From NCBI GenBank assembly GCA_963745025.1, contig CAVUWD010000006.1, forward strand, positions 384,001-448,000: a stretch of 64,000 nucleotides of DNA. Reading direction: 5' to 3'. Below, piece by piece: positions 21,686 through 31,697 of the stretch. This stretch comes from an uncultured delta proteobacterium. Its GTDB lineage: Bacteria > Desulfobacterota > Binatia > JACPRU01. Made by a program: the position numbers and the translations under genes. The notes beneath the pieces are model-generated. The model was not told the origin of the DNA and ran no database searches. It worked only from the letters and a program-made list of their open reading frames with translations. Every line of letters starts with the position of its first letter. Positions within the stretch are counted from its first letter, which is position 1.

Positions 21686-22552
21686 TCATCTCGCGATGTC
21701 ACGATGCCGTATCTGCACGCGGTAGCCTTCGGCCGCGAGCCGCCGACCGATCTCTTCGACGAGCACGATCGAGCGGTGTCGGCCCCCGGTGCAGCCGAGG
21801 GCCAGCGTGAAATACGACTTGCCCTCGTGAAGATAGCGGGGCAAGAGGAATCGCAGCAAGGCCTGGCCGTGATTCAGGAACTCCACGGTCTCGGGACGGT
21901 CGAGGAGAAATCGTACCACCGGTTCGTCGAGGCCCGAGAGCACGCGCAGCTCGTCGATAAAGAACGGATTCGGCAGGAAGCGCACGTCGAGAACCATGTC
22001 CGCGTCGGTCGGAATTCCGAACTTGTAGCCGAACGAGGTGAGGAAGAGCGACATTCCCTCCTGCGCCGTGTGCTCGCCATAGTCGCGGGTCAGCTCGGCG
22101 CGAAGCTGGTGAACGGTGAGCGCGGTCGAATCGAGAATGCGATTGGCGCCGGCACGCACGGCTGCCAACCGCTCTCGCTCGCGGCGGATCCCGTCGATCG
22201 GAGATCCTCCGTCGGCGAGCGGATGCGGCCGACGGGTTTCGCTGAATCGACGCACCAGCACCTCGTCGGCGGCATCGAGAAAGAGCACCTCCACGCGATA
22301 TCCCTGGCGGCGCGCCTGGTCGATCACGCCGGGCAATTCACCGAAGAACGCCCGCTCCCGCAGATCGATTCCTAGTGCGATGCGGTTGATGCCTTCGCCG
22401 AGCCCCTCGCAGAGCTCGAGAAACCGAGGCATCAGCACGACCGGCAGGTTGTCGATGCAGTAGAACCCGAGATCCTCGAGCACGTGGATCGCCGTCGATT
22501 TTCCCGAGCCCGAGAGCCCCGTGACGATCACCACGCGGGGGCGCTCAGCCAT
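21686..22552 (-). CDS. rapZ: RNase adapter RapZ (YvcJ/YhbJ)
   Basis: TGLSGSGKS, CIDNLP, RFSETRRPHP, SFGYKFG, DVRFLPNP, GCTGGRHRS. Confidence 0.95.
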   Translation of the reverse strand: MAERPRVVIVTGLSGSGKSTAIHVLEDLGFYCIDNLPVVLMPRFLELCEGLGEGINRIALGIDLRERAFFGELPGVIDQARRQGYRVEVLFLDAADEVLVRRFSETRRPHPLADGGSPIDGIRRERERLAAVRAGANRILDSTALTVHQLRAELTRDYGEHTAQEGMSLFLTSFGYKFGIPTDADMVLDVRFLPNPFFIDELRVLSGLDEPVVRFLLDRPETVEFLNHGQALLRFLLPRYLHEGKSYFTLALGCTGGRHRSIVLVEEIGRRLAAEGYRVQIRHRDIAR

Positions 22553-22611
22553 TTCGCCGCTCCAGACCAGAGCCGACGTCGCGACCAACGGGAGCGACGT
22601 CGAAGAAGCGT

Positions 22612-23586
22612 TCAGCCATTTCTGCGTCCCGGTCCTTTGGCCGCCTGCTCGGCTTGCGCGGCGAGAACCGCGTCGAGCCGCGAGGAGAACTCGCGTGCGC
22701 TGTAGACGCCGCGGCGCTTGAGCACCTGGTTTCTCACCGCGACCTCGACCAGCACGGCGATCGACCGACCCGGACGGACGGGGATCCGCACGAGCGGCAA
22801 ATCGATGTCGAGGATACGATAGTTCTCCTCTTCGAGCCCCAGCCGCTCGATCTCGTCTTGCACTTGCGATTCTTCTAGCTCGAGCACCAAGTCCACGCGG
22901 CTCTCTTCGAGCGTTGCGAGGAGGCCGTAGAGCGACGCTACGTCGGCGATGCCGAGTCCGCGGATCTCGACGTGATGACCGAGCAGGCGGGGGCTCATGC
23001 CGACGAGCTCGGCGATCCCCTCGCGGCGGATGACGACGACGTCGTCGGCGACCAGACGGTGACCGCGACTGACGAGATCGAGGGCTGCCTCGCTCTTGCC
23101 GATACCACTCTGCCCGAGGATGAGCGCACCGAGGTAGAAGACCTCGAGCAGCGCGCCGTGGAGCTGCGTTTGCGGCGCCAAACGTCGCTCGAGCCAGACC
23201 GTGACGCCGCGGATCAAGAGCGCGCTGCGCAGTCGCGTCAAGAGCAGCGCGACCCCGGCCCGATCCGCCTCCTCCCGCAAATAGTCGGGGAGCGTCGCGG
23301 CGTTGGTGACGATCACGCACGACACACCCGCATGCAGCAACGTCCGTACGGCCTTTCGCGCGCGGGCGCGTTGTAGCGTTGCGAGGTAGGAGACCTCGGT
23401 GTTCCCGAGCACCTGAATGCGGTCCGGATGGATCTGCGGCAAGTACCCCGCGAGCGCCAGACCAGGCTTCTGAATCCGCGGAATCTCGACCGAGCGCGCC
23501 AGTCCCCGCCGTCCGCCGATGAGCTCGAGGCTCAAGCTCTCGCGGTTGGCCCGGAAGAACTCCTCGATCGTGACGCGCGGATTCAT
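22612..23586 (-). CDS. hprK: HPr(Ser) kinase/phosphorylase
   Basis: PGLALAGY, RIQVLG, GQSGIGKSE, GHRLVADD, EIRGLGI, PVRPGR. Confidence 0.95.
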   Translation of the reverse strand: MNPRVTIEEFFRANRESLSLELIGGRRGLARSVEIPRIQKPGLALAGYLPQIHPDRIQVLGNTEVSYLATLQRARARKAVRTLLHAGVSCVIVTNAATLPDYLREEADRAGVALLLTRLRSALLIRGVTVWLERRLAPQTQLHGALLEVFYLGALILGQSGIGKSEAALDLVSRGHRLVADDVVVIRREGIAELVGMSPRLLGHHVEIRGLGIADVASLYGLLATLEESRVDLVLELEESQVQDEIERLGLEEENYRILDIDLPLVRIPVRPGRSIAVLVEVAVRNQVLKRRGVYSAREFSSRLDAVLAAQAEQAAKGPGRRNG

Positions 23587-23590
23587 GAAC

Positions 23591-23643
23591 GGCTGCAGGC
23601 TACCGCAAAAGGAGCCAGGCGTCTTCGCCGGTAGCCGGTAGCC
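23591..23643. repeat. Intergenic 7-bp tandem/inverted repeat hairpin
   Basis: GGCTGCA-GGCTACC ... GGTAGCC-GGTAGCC. Confidence 0.6.
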
Positions 23644-23656
23644 GCAAACCCCTCTT

Positions 23657-24118
23657 TCAGTATTTGTCGTCCTCTTCGCGGATCGTCTGGTAGATCTGCC
23701 CCGCGCCGTCTGCCGCAAGCAGTCGATGGCGAAAATCGTTGTCACGTAACAGCCGCGACACCCGTGCCAGAGCCTTCAGATGCGCACCGGAGGCATCCTC
23801 GGGAGCGACGAGAAGAAAGAAGAGCCGGGTGAGACCACCGTCGAGAGATTCGAAGTCGACTCCGGTGCGGCTGCGCCCGAAGGCGGCGACCACGCCCGCG
23901 AGCTTGGGCAGCTTGCCGTGGGGGATGGCGATGCCTTCTCCGATCGCGGTCGAGCCGAGCTTCTCGCGATCCAACAGGACTTCCACGAGCCGGTCCTTGG
24001 CGATCTCCGGATGACGCTCGGCGAGCACCGTGGCAAGCTCTTCGAGAACCTCGAGCTTCGAGGTTCCCCGTAAATCTGCGACGACGTTTTCAGCGGCGAG
24101 GATGTCGAGGATTTTCAT
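23657..24118 (-). CDS. ptsN: PTS EIIA(Ntr)
   Basis: REKLGSTAIGEGIAIPHGK, HLKALA; position in the rpoN operon. Confidence 0.93.
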   Translation of the reverse strand: MKILDILAAENVVADLRGTSKLEVLEELATVLAERHPEIAKDRLVEVLLDREKLGSTAIGEGIAIPHGKLPKLAGVVAAFGRSRTGVDFESLDGGLTRLFFLLVAPEDASGAHLKALARVSRLLRDNDFRHRLLAADGAGQIYQTIREEDDKY

Positions 24119-24128
24119 TCGTCGTGGG

Positions 24129-24668
24129 TCACTGCGCCTCGGATTCGATTAGGCCGTAGTTGCCGTCTTTTCGCCGATAGATCACGCTCAGGCTCTCGCT
24201 CTGCGCGTTGCGGAACACAAAAAACTCGTTGTTCGTCAGATCCATCTGCATCACCGCCTCTTCGACCGACATCGGCTTGGCGGGAATCCGCTGCGTGCGG
24301 ATGATCTCCGGCACGCCACGCTCGTCGAGGCGATCTGGCGACAGAACCTGCAGACGGAGCCCGGGGAGCGTGCGCTCGGCTTGGTGATTCTTGCGTTTCG
24401 CGTTGAGCTTCTTCACCTGCCGCTCGATCTTGTCGAGCGCCAGGTCGATGGCCGAGTAGAGATCGTTGGTCTCGTCTTCCGAGAACAGCGAGGTGCCGTT
24501 CGCCGACAGGTTGATCTCCGCACGATGGATCTTCTTCAACACCGAAAGGATCACGTGCGCATCCATCGGACGGTGCAGATATTTCGACAGTCTTTGAAGC
24601 TTGTCTTGGGCGTACTTGCGCAGCGCTTCGGTAGGCTGGATGTGCCGGAACGTCACCGTAACCCGCAT
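24129..24668 (-). CDS. hpf: Ribosome hibernation promoting factor (long form)
   Basis: DLYSAIDLALDKIERQ, KPMSVEEAVMQM, VIYRRKDGNYGLIE. Confidence 0.95.
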   Translation of the reverse strand: MRVTVTFRHIQPTEALRKYAQDKLQRLSKYLHRPMDAHVILSVLKKIHRAEINLSANGTSLFSEDETNDLYSAIDLALDKIERQVKKLNAKRKNHQAERTLPGLRLQVLSPDRLDERGVPEIIRTQRIPAKPMSVEEAVMQMDLTNNEFFVFRNAQSESLSVIYRRKDGNYGLIESEAQ

Positions 24669-24681
24669 GACAACCCTCCAT

Positions 24682-24742
24682 GGCTTCAGGCTTCGGGCTT
24701 CAGAAAAAACCTTCCCTTCGTCTCTCGCCGAAGCCTGGGGCC
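24682..24742. repeat. Intergenic 7-bp tandem/inverted repeat hairpin
   Basis: GGCTTCA-GGCTTCG-GGCTTCA ... CGAAGCC-TGGGGCC. Confidence 0.65.
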
Positions 24743-24750
24743 AGGATTCA

Positions 24751-26220
24751 TCAGTACATCTGCTTCCTCTTCGAGGACGGCAAGATGCCCATCATCTCGC
24801 GATACTTCGCGACCGTGCGGCGCGCGATGTACACGTTCTCTTTGGCGAGTAGCGCGGCGATGTACTGATCACTGTATGGATGGCGGGCATCCTCGCTCTG
24901 GATGATCTCGCGAATGCGCTGTTTGACGCTCTCCGAGGAGACGTCCTCTCCTCCTCCGCCGGCGTGAAGGCTCGACGTGAAGAAGAACTTGAGCTCGAGG
25001 GTGCCCTGCGGCGTATGCACGTACTTGTTGGAGGTCGCGCGGCTAACGGTCGACTCGTGCATGCCGATGTCGTTGGCCACGTCCTTGAGTACCAGTGGTT
25101 TCAGTCCCGAGATGCCTTTCTCAAAGAAGTCGCGCTGGAACTTCACGATCGACTGGGTCACGAGGTAGATCGTCCGCTGGCGCTGTTGGATACTCTTGAT
25201 GAGCCAACTCGCCGCTCGCATCTTCTCCTGGATGTAGCCTTTGGCTTCGCCAGAAGGGTCCGCGCCGAGCATCTTTTTGTAGTAATGGCTGACGCGCAGG
25301 TAGGGGAGGCCGTCGTCGTTCAGGTTGATGACGTATTCGTCACCGACCTTGGTGATGAAGACATCCGGCGTGACGTAGCGGGCCTCGCCTTCGCCGAAGT
25401 TGCGGCCGGGCTTCGGCTCGAGCGAGGCCACGATCTTCGACGCTTCGAGTACGTCCTCGATCGAGACCGAAAGATCGCGAGCGAGCTTCTCGAAGCGATG
25501 GCTCTCCAGCGCGTTGAGATGGTCGCGAACGATCCGGGCGGCGAGCGAGTCCCCGGCTTCGAGCTGGCGAAGCTGGATCAGCAAACATTCGCGCAAGGTT
25601 CGCGCGCAGACCCCCGGTGGATCGAATTCCTGAAGCTTGGCGAGCACGCCTTCGACCGCGGCCGGCTCGACGTCGCCGATCTCGGCGATCTCTTCGACCG
25701 TGGCGCCGAGATACCCGTCGTTGTCGACGTTACCGATGATCAGCGCCGCGATCCGCTCCTCTTCGTCCGTGAAGCTCGAGAGCCTGAGCTGCCACTCGAG
25801 GTGGCCGAGGAGGTCCTGGGTCTTGGTGAGGACGTTCTCGAGCGAGGGTCGGCGGTCGTCGTCGCCGGGATCCGTGTCGGCGTAACTCGCACCATGAAAC
25901 TCGTTGCCGTAGGTTTCGAAGTACTCGCCCCAATCGATCTCTTTGAGATCCTTCGCGTTCTCCGCCTCGGGCTTCGGCGCTTCGGGAGTCGGCTCGACTT
26001 CACCCATCACGCCGTCGACCCGCGGCTCTTCGGTTTCGACCTCGATCGCGACCTTCTCGGGCGACCCTTCCTCGAGAATCGGATTCTCCTCGAGCTCCGT
26101 CTCGATCAGCGATTCGAGCTCGGTGCGCGAAACCTGCAGGATCTTGATGGCCTGCCGCAGCTGGGGGGTCATCACCAACTGCTGGGAGAGCTTCTGGAAG
26201 AGCTTCGGCTCGAGGGCCAT
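24751..26220 (-). CDS. rpoN: RNA polymerase sigma-54 factor
   Basis: MTPQLRQAIKILQ, HESTVSRAT, RpoN box ARRTVAKYRE. Confidence 0.98.
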   Translation of the reverse strand: MALEPKLFQKLSQQLVMTPQLRQAIKILQVSRTELESLIETELEENPILEEGSPEKVAIEVETEEPRVDGVMGEVEPTPEAPKPEAENAKDLKEIDWGEYFETYGNEFHGASYADTDPGDDDRRPSLENVLTKTQDLLGHLEWQLRLSSFTDEEERIAALIIGNVDNDGYLGATVEEIAEIGDVEPAAVEGVLAKLQEFDPPGVCARTLRECLLIQLRQLEAGDSLAARIVRDHLNALESHRFEKLARDLSVSIEDVLEASKIVASLEPKPGRNFGEGEARYVTPDVFITKVGDEYVINLNDDGLPYLRVSHYYKKMLGADPSGEAKGYIQEKMRAASWLIKSIQQRQRTIYLVTQSIVKFQRDFFEKGISGLKPLVLKDVANDIGMHESTVSRATSNKYVHTPQGTLELKFFFTSSLHAGGGGEDVSSESVKQRIREIIQSEDARHPYSDQYIAALLAKENVYIARRTVAKYREMMGILPSSKRKQMY

Positions 26221-26251
26221 CGTCGGTCCGTCTGGCGTCTGTGCAGTGCGT

Positions 26252-27046
26252 CTACAGCCGGAATTTTTCGCCGAGATAGATTTCGCGGGCTCTCTTGCTG
26301 CCAGCGATCTGCGCAGGGTTCCCTTCTTCCAGAATCACGCCTTCATTCAGGATATACGCCCGGTCGCAAATTCCCAAGGTCTCGCGGACGTTGTGATCCG
26401 TGATGAGGATGCCGATCCCCCGCTCCCGGAGTTGTGCCACTATGTTCTGGATGTCGAGGACGGCGAGCGGGTCGATGCCGGCAAAGGGCTCGTCGAGCAG
26501 CATGAAGGCAGGCGAGATCACCAGCGCGCGGGTGATCTCGAGCCGCCGGCGCTCACCTCCCGACAGCGAGTGCGCTCGGTTCTTGCGAAGGTGCGCGATC
26601 GACAGCTCATCGAGCAGAGTCGTCAGCCGCTCCTCGCGCTCTGGGTGCGTCAAGTCGAGGGTCTCGAGAATCGCCAGGATGTTCTCCTCTACGGTCAGCT
26701 TGCGGAAGACCGATGGCTCCTGCGGCAGATAGCTGATCCCGGAGCGCGCCCGCTGATACATCGGAAGCTCGGTCACGTCCGCGTCGCCTAGAAAGACACG
26801 GCCGCCGTTGGGACGCGTCAGGCCGACGATCATGTAGAACGTGGTCGTCTTGCCCGCCCCGTTCGGTCCGAGCAAGCCGACGACTTCGCCGCTGCGGACC
26901 TCGATCGACACTCCCTTGACGACGGTCCGTCCCCCGTACGTCTTGCTCAGGCTTTCGGCGCGGAGGATCCGTGAAGCGGCGTCGCGTTCGTCAGCGACGT
27001 GCAGATCGGCCTGGGCTGTCGTCCGAGGATTCAATGGGAGGGCCAT
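26252..27046 (-). CDS. lptB: LPS export ABC ATPase
   Basis: [55 protein letters not shown]. Confidence 0.96.
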   Translation of the reverse strand: MALPLNPRTTAQADLHVADERDAASRILRAESLSKTYGGRTVVKGVSIEVRSGEVVGLLGPNGAGKTTTFYMIVGLTRPNGGRVFLGDADVTELPMYQRARSGISYLPQEPSVFRKLTVEENILAILETLDLTHPEREERLTTLLDELSIAHLRKNRAHSLSGGERRRLEITRALVISPAFMLLDEPFAGIDPLAVLDIQNIVAQLRERGIGILITDHNVRETLGICDRAYILNEGVILEEGNPAQIAGSKRAREIYLGEKFRL

Positions 27047-27058
27047 CGGCGGACACCT

Positions 27059-27712
27059 TCACGGATTCTGCGTGCCGAGAGGCCCCTTGTTCCGCTCCGG
27101 GGTCACCGCGGGCGCGGAGGTTGCGCTCGGCTTGGGGTTCGTCTTGTCTTTGCCGGGGGTGCCGCTGGCGAGCGGCCCTTCTCCCGGAAACAGGATGACT
27201 TTGACGCGCCGGTTCTCTCCGAGCACTTCCATCCGCGATTCGTCGGGATGGACGATGATCCGGTCGCCATTCAATTGGTTCGAGCCTTCCGAGAGTACGG
27301 CGTTGCCGGTGAGCACGACGGTACGACTCGACTGATCGAACACCGCGTGGCTCCCCGTCGCCTTCTTGGGTCCCTGCGTGATGGTCACGTGTCCGTCGGC
27401 GGTGACCGCCTTGAGCTCCTGTTTATCCCCGACTTGGGCATAGTCCACCGTCAGGACGTCGCTCTGCAAGTGCACCTCGCCCTGGATGACGTCTACGTCG
27501 CCACGGAACACCGTACGTCGATTTTTGTAATCGAAGTCGAGCTTTTCCGAAGTGATTTCGATCGGCTCCTTCTTCGAGGTGAAGCTGAAATCCCCCATGC
27601 CCGGTAGTGCCGTAGAATCGGTCTTGGCGGGAGTCGGCGCCGGACCGGCAAAAATGCCGGTGGCTAGAGCGAGGATCAGTCCGAGCCCTGCACGAACGTT
27701 CCGTAAGGACAT
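27059..27712 (-). CDS. lptA: LPS transport periplasmic protein LptA (OstA domain)
   Basis: Signal peptide, PIEITSEKL, FRGDVDVIQG, VLTGNA, GDRI; lies between lptC and lptB. Confidence 0.88.
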   Translation of the reverse strand: MSLRNVRAGLGLILALATGIFAGPAPTPAKTDSTALPGMGDFSFTSKKEPIEITSEKLDFDYKNRRTVFRGDVDVIQGEVHLQSDVLTVDYAQVGDKQELKAVTADGHVTITQGPKKATGSHAVFDQSSRTVVLTGNAVLSEGSNQLNGDRIIVHPDESRMEVLGENRRVKVILFPGEGPLASGTPGKDKTNPKPSATSAPAVTPERNKGPLGTQNP

Positions 27713-27720
27713 GCAGCGGT

Positions 27721-28320
27721 TCAGGAGGGACGGGACGTCTGGAGCGCTTTCGGCGACAATGTCACCCGGACCGGCTTCTTGAGCTCGAAGCGCGATTCCT
27801 TCACGAAGACGGTCATGTCGTTGCCTGCCACCTGTACCTGCTCTCCGACGATCGTGACCGGGCCCATGGCGACGATTTTCTCCGTGCCGCGGTCATAGAC
27901 CGCATCGTTGGCGCGGATCACGAACCCTCGGACATGGATTTCCACGCTATCGTGAAGCATCGCCTTCTGCAAATCTTTACCCGCGAATTCGACCTTGCCC
28001 TGATCGCCGGTGACCGTGACCTTTTCCCCATCCTTCATGTAGAGCGTGGTCCGCGGCTTGCGGACGACGACCTGGTTATCGCCCTCGAGGTACTGCGCCT
28101 CGTCGGCTACGAGTTCCCAGGCTTTCTTGCCTTCCCGGATCTCGATGCGGTGAAAGTTCTGTATCCACTGTACCGCATCTGGCAGCATGCCTTCGAGACT
28201 CGAGCGGTCGACCTGTTTGGACTTCCCGGCCTCGAGGCTCGAATGAACCAGATACCCGACGCCCGCGAGCGAGGCCACGATCAGGACCCCTACTGCGGAG
28301 CGGACATTACGTCGCCGCAC
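27721..28320 (-). CDS. lptC: LPS export protein LptC
   Basis: N-terminal TM anchor, GKKAWELVADEA jellyroll pattern; synteny. Confidence 0.82.
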   Translation of the reverse strand: MRRRNVRSAVGVLIVASLAGVGYLVHSSLEAGKSKQVDRSSLEGMLPDAVQWIQNFHRIEIREGKKAWELVADEAQYLEGDNQVVVRKPRTTLYMKDGEKVTVTGDQGKVEFAGKDLQKAMLHDSVEIHVRGFVIRANDAVYDRGTEKIVAMGPVTIVGEQVQVAGNDMTVFVKESRFELKKPVRVTLSPKALQTSRPS

Positions 28321-28406
28321 GCGAGGAGAGTAAAGCGAAAGGTGCCGAGAGTAAAGATGGCCTTCGGCGAACGCCTTTGCTAGGAGAGAGCCTGGAGGTG
28401 ACGCTC

Positions 28407-29382
28407 ATGGAGTTTTCCGGTGATCGCTTGGTCGAAACCTACCGGACGATGCGGACCATTCGTAGCTTCGAGCAGACCTTGAACGAGCTTTCGCAGGCTG
28501 GCCGGGTTCCGGGATTTCTACATCTTTATGCAGGCGAAGAGGCAATCGCCGCCGGTGTATGCTGCTCGCTCGGCGACGGCGACTACGTGACGAGCACCCA
28601 CCGCGGCCATGGGCATTCGATCGCCAAGGGCGTGGATTTGAATGCGATGATGGCCGAAATCTTCGGCAAGAGCGCAGGGATCTGCCGGGGCAAGGGCGGC
28701 TCGATGCACATTGCCGACGTCAGCAAGGGGATGCTCGGCGCCAACGGCATCGTCGGCGCCGGCATCCCATTGGCGATCGGCGCCGCTCTATCGGCCAAAG
28801 TCCGCAAGAGCGGCGGCGTCGCGATCGCCTTCTTCGGCGACGGCGCCAGCAATCAGGGGGCGTTCCACGAGAGCCTGAATATCGCCTCGATCCTGAAGCT
28901 GCCCGTGGTCTTCGTGCTCGAGAACAACGGCTACGGCGAGGCGACGCCGGTAGAGTACCACGTGAACATCCCCGACCTCGCGGTGCGGGCGACGAGCTAC
29001 GGCATTCCGGGCGTGATTGCCGATGGCATGGACTTCTTCGACGTATTCGAGAAGGCGTCGAGCCGCCATCGAGCGCGCGAGGCGGGGCGACGGACCGACG
29101 CTCATCGAATGCAAGACGTATCGCTACTTCGGACACTACGTCGGCGACCCGCTGACCTACCGGAGCAAGGAAGAGACCGAGAAGGTTCGATCCAGCCGCG
29201 ATCCGATCGACAAATTCGAGAAGCGGGTGGTGTCGGGCGGCAAGGTCTCGGCGAGCGCGCTCCGCGCTGTCGACGATCAGGTTTCCAAGGCAATCGCCGA
29301 GGCGGTGAAGTTCGCCGAGGCGAGCCCGCCGCCGAGCGTGTCCGAGCTCCTGACCGACGTGTACGTCGACTATCCGAGCTGA
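28407..29382 (+). CDS. acoA: TPP-dependent acetoin/2-oxoacid dehydrogenase E1 alpha (frameshift near 29060)
   Basis: GFLHLYAGEEA, STHRGHGH, GKGGSMHIAD, FFGDGASNQG..HESLN, then in another frame LIECKTYRYFGHY.GD. Confidence 0.8.
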
Positions 29383-29392
29383 GGAGGGCGCC

Positions 29393-30401
29393 ATGGCAAG
29401 CCGCAAACGAGCGTTCGTACAGGCGATCAACGAGGCGCTGTTTCAAGCCATGGAGCACGATCCTTTGGTCATCGTGCTCGGCGAGGACGTGGCCGGCGGC
29501 GCGGGGCAGAAGGAGGACGCCTGGGGGGGAGTGATGGGCGCGACCAAGGGGCTGATCGGCCGCTTCGGCGCGGACCGCGTCATCGACACGCCGATCAGCG
29601 AGATCGGCCTTATCGGCATGGCGGTCGGCGCGGCGGCGACGGGCCTCCGTCCCGTGGCGGAGCTCATGTTCATGGACTTCATCGGCGTCTGTTTCGATCA
29701 GCTGCTGAACCAGGCCGCGAAGCTCCGCTACATGTTCGGCGGCAAGGCCAAGCGTCCCGCTCATGGTGCGCACGATGATCGGGGCGGGGGTCCGTGCGGC
29801 GGCGCAGCACTCGCAGTCGCTGTACGCGCTGACGACGGCGATTCCGGGCTTGAAGACCGTCGTGCCGTCGAATCCGTACGACGCCAAGGGGCTGCTCCTC
29901 GCCGCGATCGCCGACGACGATCCGGTGATCTTCTGTGAGCCGAAATCGCTTTACACCGTGAGCGGCGAGGTTCCCGAGGAGCCCTACACCGTGCCTCTCG
30001 GCAAAGCGGCAATTGCCCGGCAAGGTGGCTCGGTGACGATCGTCGCCTGCGGCCGGATGGTCGATACGTCGCTTGCCGCCGCCAAGACCCTCGCGGGAGA
30101 GGGCATCGAGGCGGAAGTCGTCGACCTCAGAACGCTCTCGCCGCTCGACGAAGAGACCGTTCTCCAGTCGCTCGGGAAGACTGGCTACCTCGTCGCCGTC
30201 GACGAGGCACCTCCGCGTTGTGGGATGGCCACCGACATCGCCGCCCTCGCGGCGGACAAGGGATTCGATCTACTGCGCGGTCCGATCCGGCGCGTCACCG
30301 CTCCGCACTCGCCCGTCCCGTTCAGCCCGATTCTCGAGGACGCATACATCCCCTCTCCGGCGCAGGTGGTCGAAGCGGTTCACTCCGCGCTCGAGGGTTA
30401 G
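29393..30401 (+). CDS. acoB: Acetoin/2-oxoacid dehydrogenase E1 beta (frameshift near 29755)
   Basis: GEDVAGG, DTPISE, AELMFMDF, NQAAK.RYMFGG / AAQHSQS, DDDPVIF.E.K, DLRTLSPLD. Confidence 0.8.
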
Positions 30402-30407
30402 TTCGCA

Positions 30408-31673
30408 TTGGCCACTGCAGTCACGATGCCGCGCCTCGGCCTGACGATGGTCGAGGGTACGGTGGTGGAATGGAAGGCGCAGTCCGGCGACAACGTCGAC
30501 AAGGGCCAGATCCTGCTCGTCATCGAATCCGAGAAGGTCTCGGTGGAAGTCGAAGCGTTCGCTGCGGGAACGCTCGCAGCGATCTACGTCGAGCCGGGAA
30601 CGACCGTTCCGATCGGTTCGCTGCTCGGCGCGATCGTCGAGCCCGGCGAGGCGTTCGACCGCGATATCTTCGAGAAGAGCTTCGTTCCCGAGATCGAAGG
30701 AGCGCCAGCGGGCGCGACGCCGGCGGCAGCCGAACGGCACGCTCCGCCCGTGCCGAGCCGAGCCCCGGCCGCAGGCGTCAAGGCCGCGCCGGCCGCGCGC
30801 GCGCTCGCGAAGAAGCTCGGCGTCGACCTCGAGTCCGTGAGCGGAACCGGACCGGGAGGACGGATCACCGTCGAGGACGTCGAGCGCGCCGGGTCGAGCG
30901 GGCCCGGGTTGGCGATCGACGTCGACGGGAGTGGTCCCGCCCTGCTTCTCATCGCGGGCTTCGCCGTCGACAGGACGAGCTGGCGACGGCAGATCGACGG
31001 GCTTCGATCCTCCTTCATGGTCGTCAGCTACGATCATCGGGGCATCGGCGCCTCGCGCCCGATGCCCGACGAATCGCTGACCATCACCACGATGGCGGAA
31101 GATGCCGTTGCGTCGTTGTCGGAAAAGGGGCCGGCGACGGTGGTCGGGGCGAGCATGGGCGCGGCGATCGCGATCGAGCTCGCGATCGCCCATCCCGACG
31201 TCGTCGGGGCGCTCGTGCTGATCACGCCAGCAGTGGAAAAGGATGCGCGTCTCGAGGCGGTGTTGCGCTCGTGGATTGAGTTCGAATCCCCGCAGTCCGA
31301 GGCGCGGATCCGCTCGATGCTTCCCTGGTTCCTAAGCCGTCACTTTCTCGCCGAGGTGCCGAAGCGCGAGGCCACCGCTCAGGCGCTCCGTGCCATGGCA
31401 GCGCGGACGCCGCTTCCCGCGCTGCGACACCAGGTCCGCGCGTTCGACGCATGGCTCGGAACCCGGGTCGGCAATCTCAGTCGGATCTCCGTTCCGACGC
31501 TGGTCATCGCCGGGGCCGAGGACCTCCTCGTTCCATTCGCGCAAGCCGAGCGCGTGGCGGGCAGCATCCCGGGCGCCCGTCTCGAGGTCCTTGACGGCGC
31601 GGGGCACGCCGTGACGATCGAGGGCGCCGAGCGCGTGAACGAGCTCATCACGAACTTCATCCGTCGCGGCTAG
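30408..31673 (+). CDS. AcoC-like E2: lipoyl domain + subunit-binding domain + alpha/beta hydrolase
   Basis: MPRLGLTM.EG..IESEKV (lipoyl Lys), GTGPGGRITVEDV, nucleophile elbow GASMG, GAEDLLVP, GAGH. Confidence 0.85.
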   Translation: MATAVTMPRLGLTMVEGTVVEWKAQSGDNVDKGQILLVIESEKVSVEVEAFAAGTLAAIYVEPGTTVPIGSLLGAIVEPGEAFDRDIFEKSFVPEIEGAPAGATPAAAERHAPPVPSRAPAAGVKAAPAARALAKKLGVDLESVSGTGPGGRITVEDVERAGSSGPGLAIDVDGSGPALLLIAGFAVDRTSWRRQIDGLRSSFMVVSYDHRGIGASRPMPDESLTITTMAEDAVASLSEKGPATVVGASMGAAIAIELAIAHPDVVGALVLITPAVEKDARLEAVLRSWIEFESPQSEARIRSMLPWFLSRHFLAEVPKREATAQALRAMAARTPLPALRHQVRAFDAWLGTRVGNLSRISVPTLVIAGAEDLLVPFAQAERVAGSIPGARLEVLDGAGHAVTIEGAERVNELITNFIRRG

Positions 31674-31697
31674 CATACGCTGGATGCCGGCTCGAGC

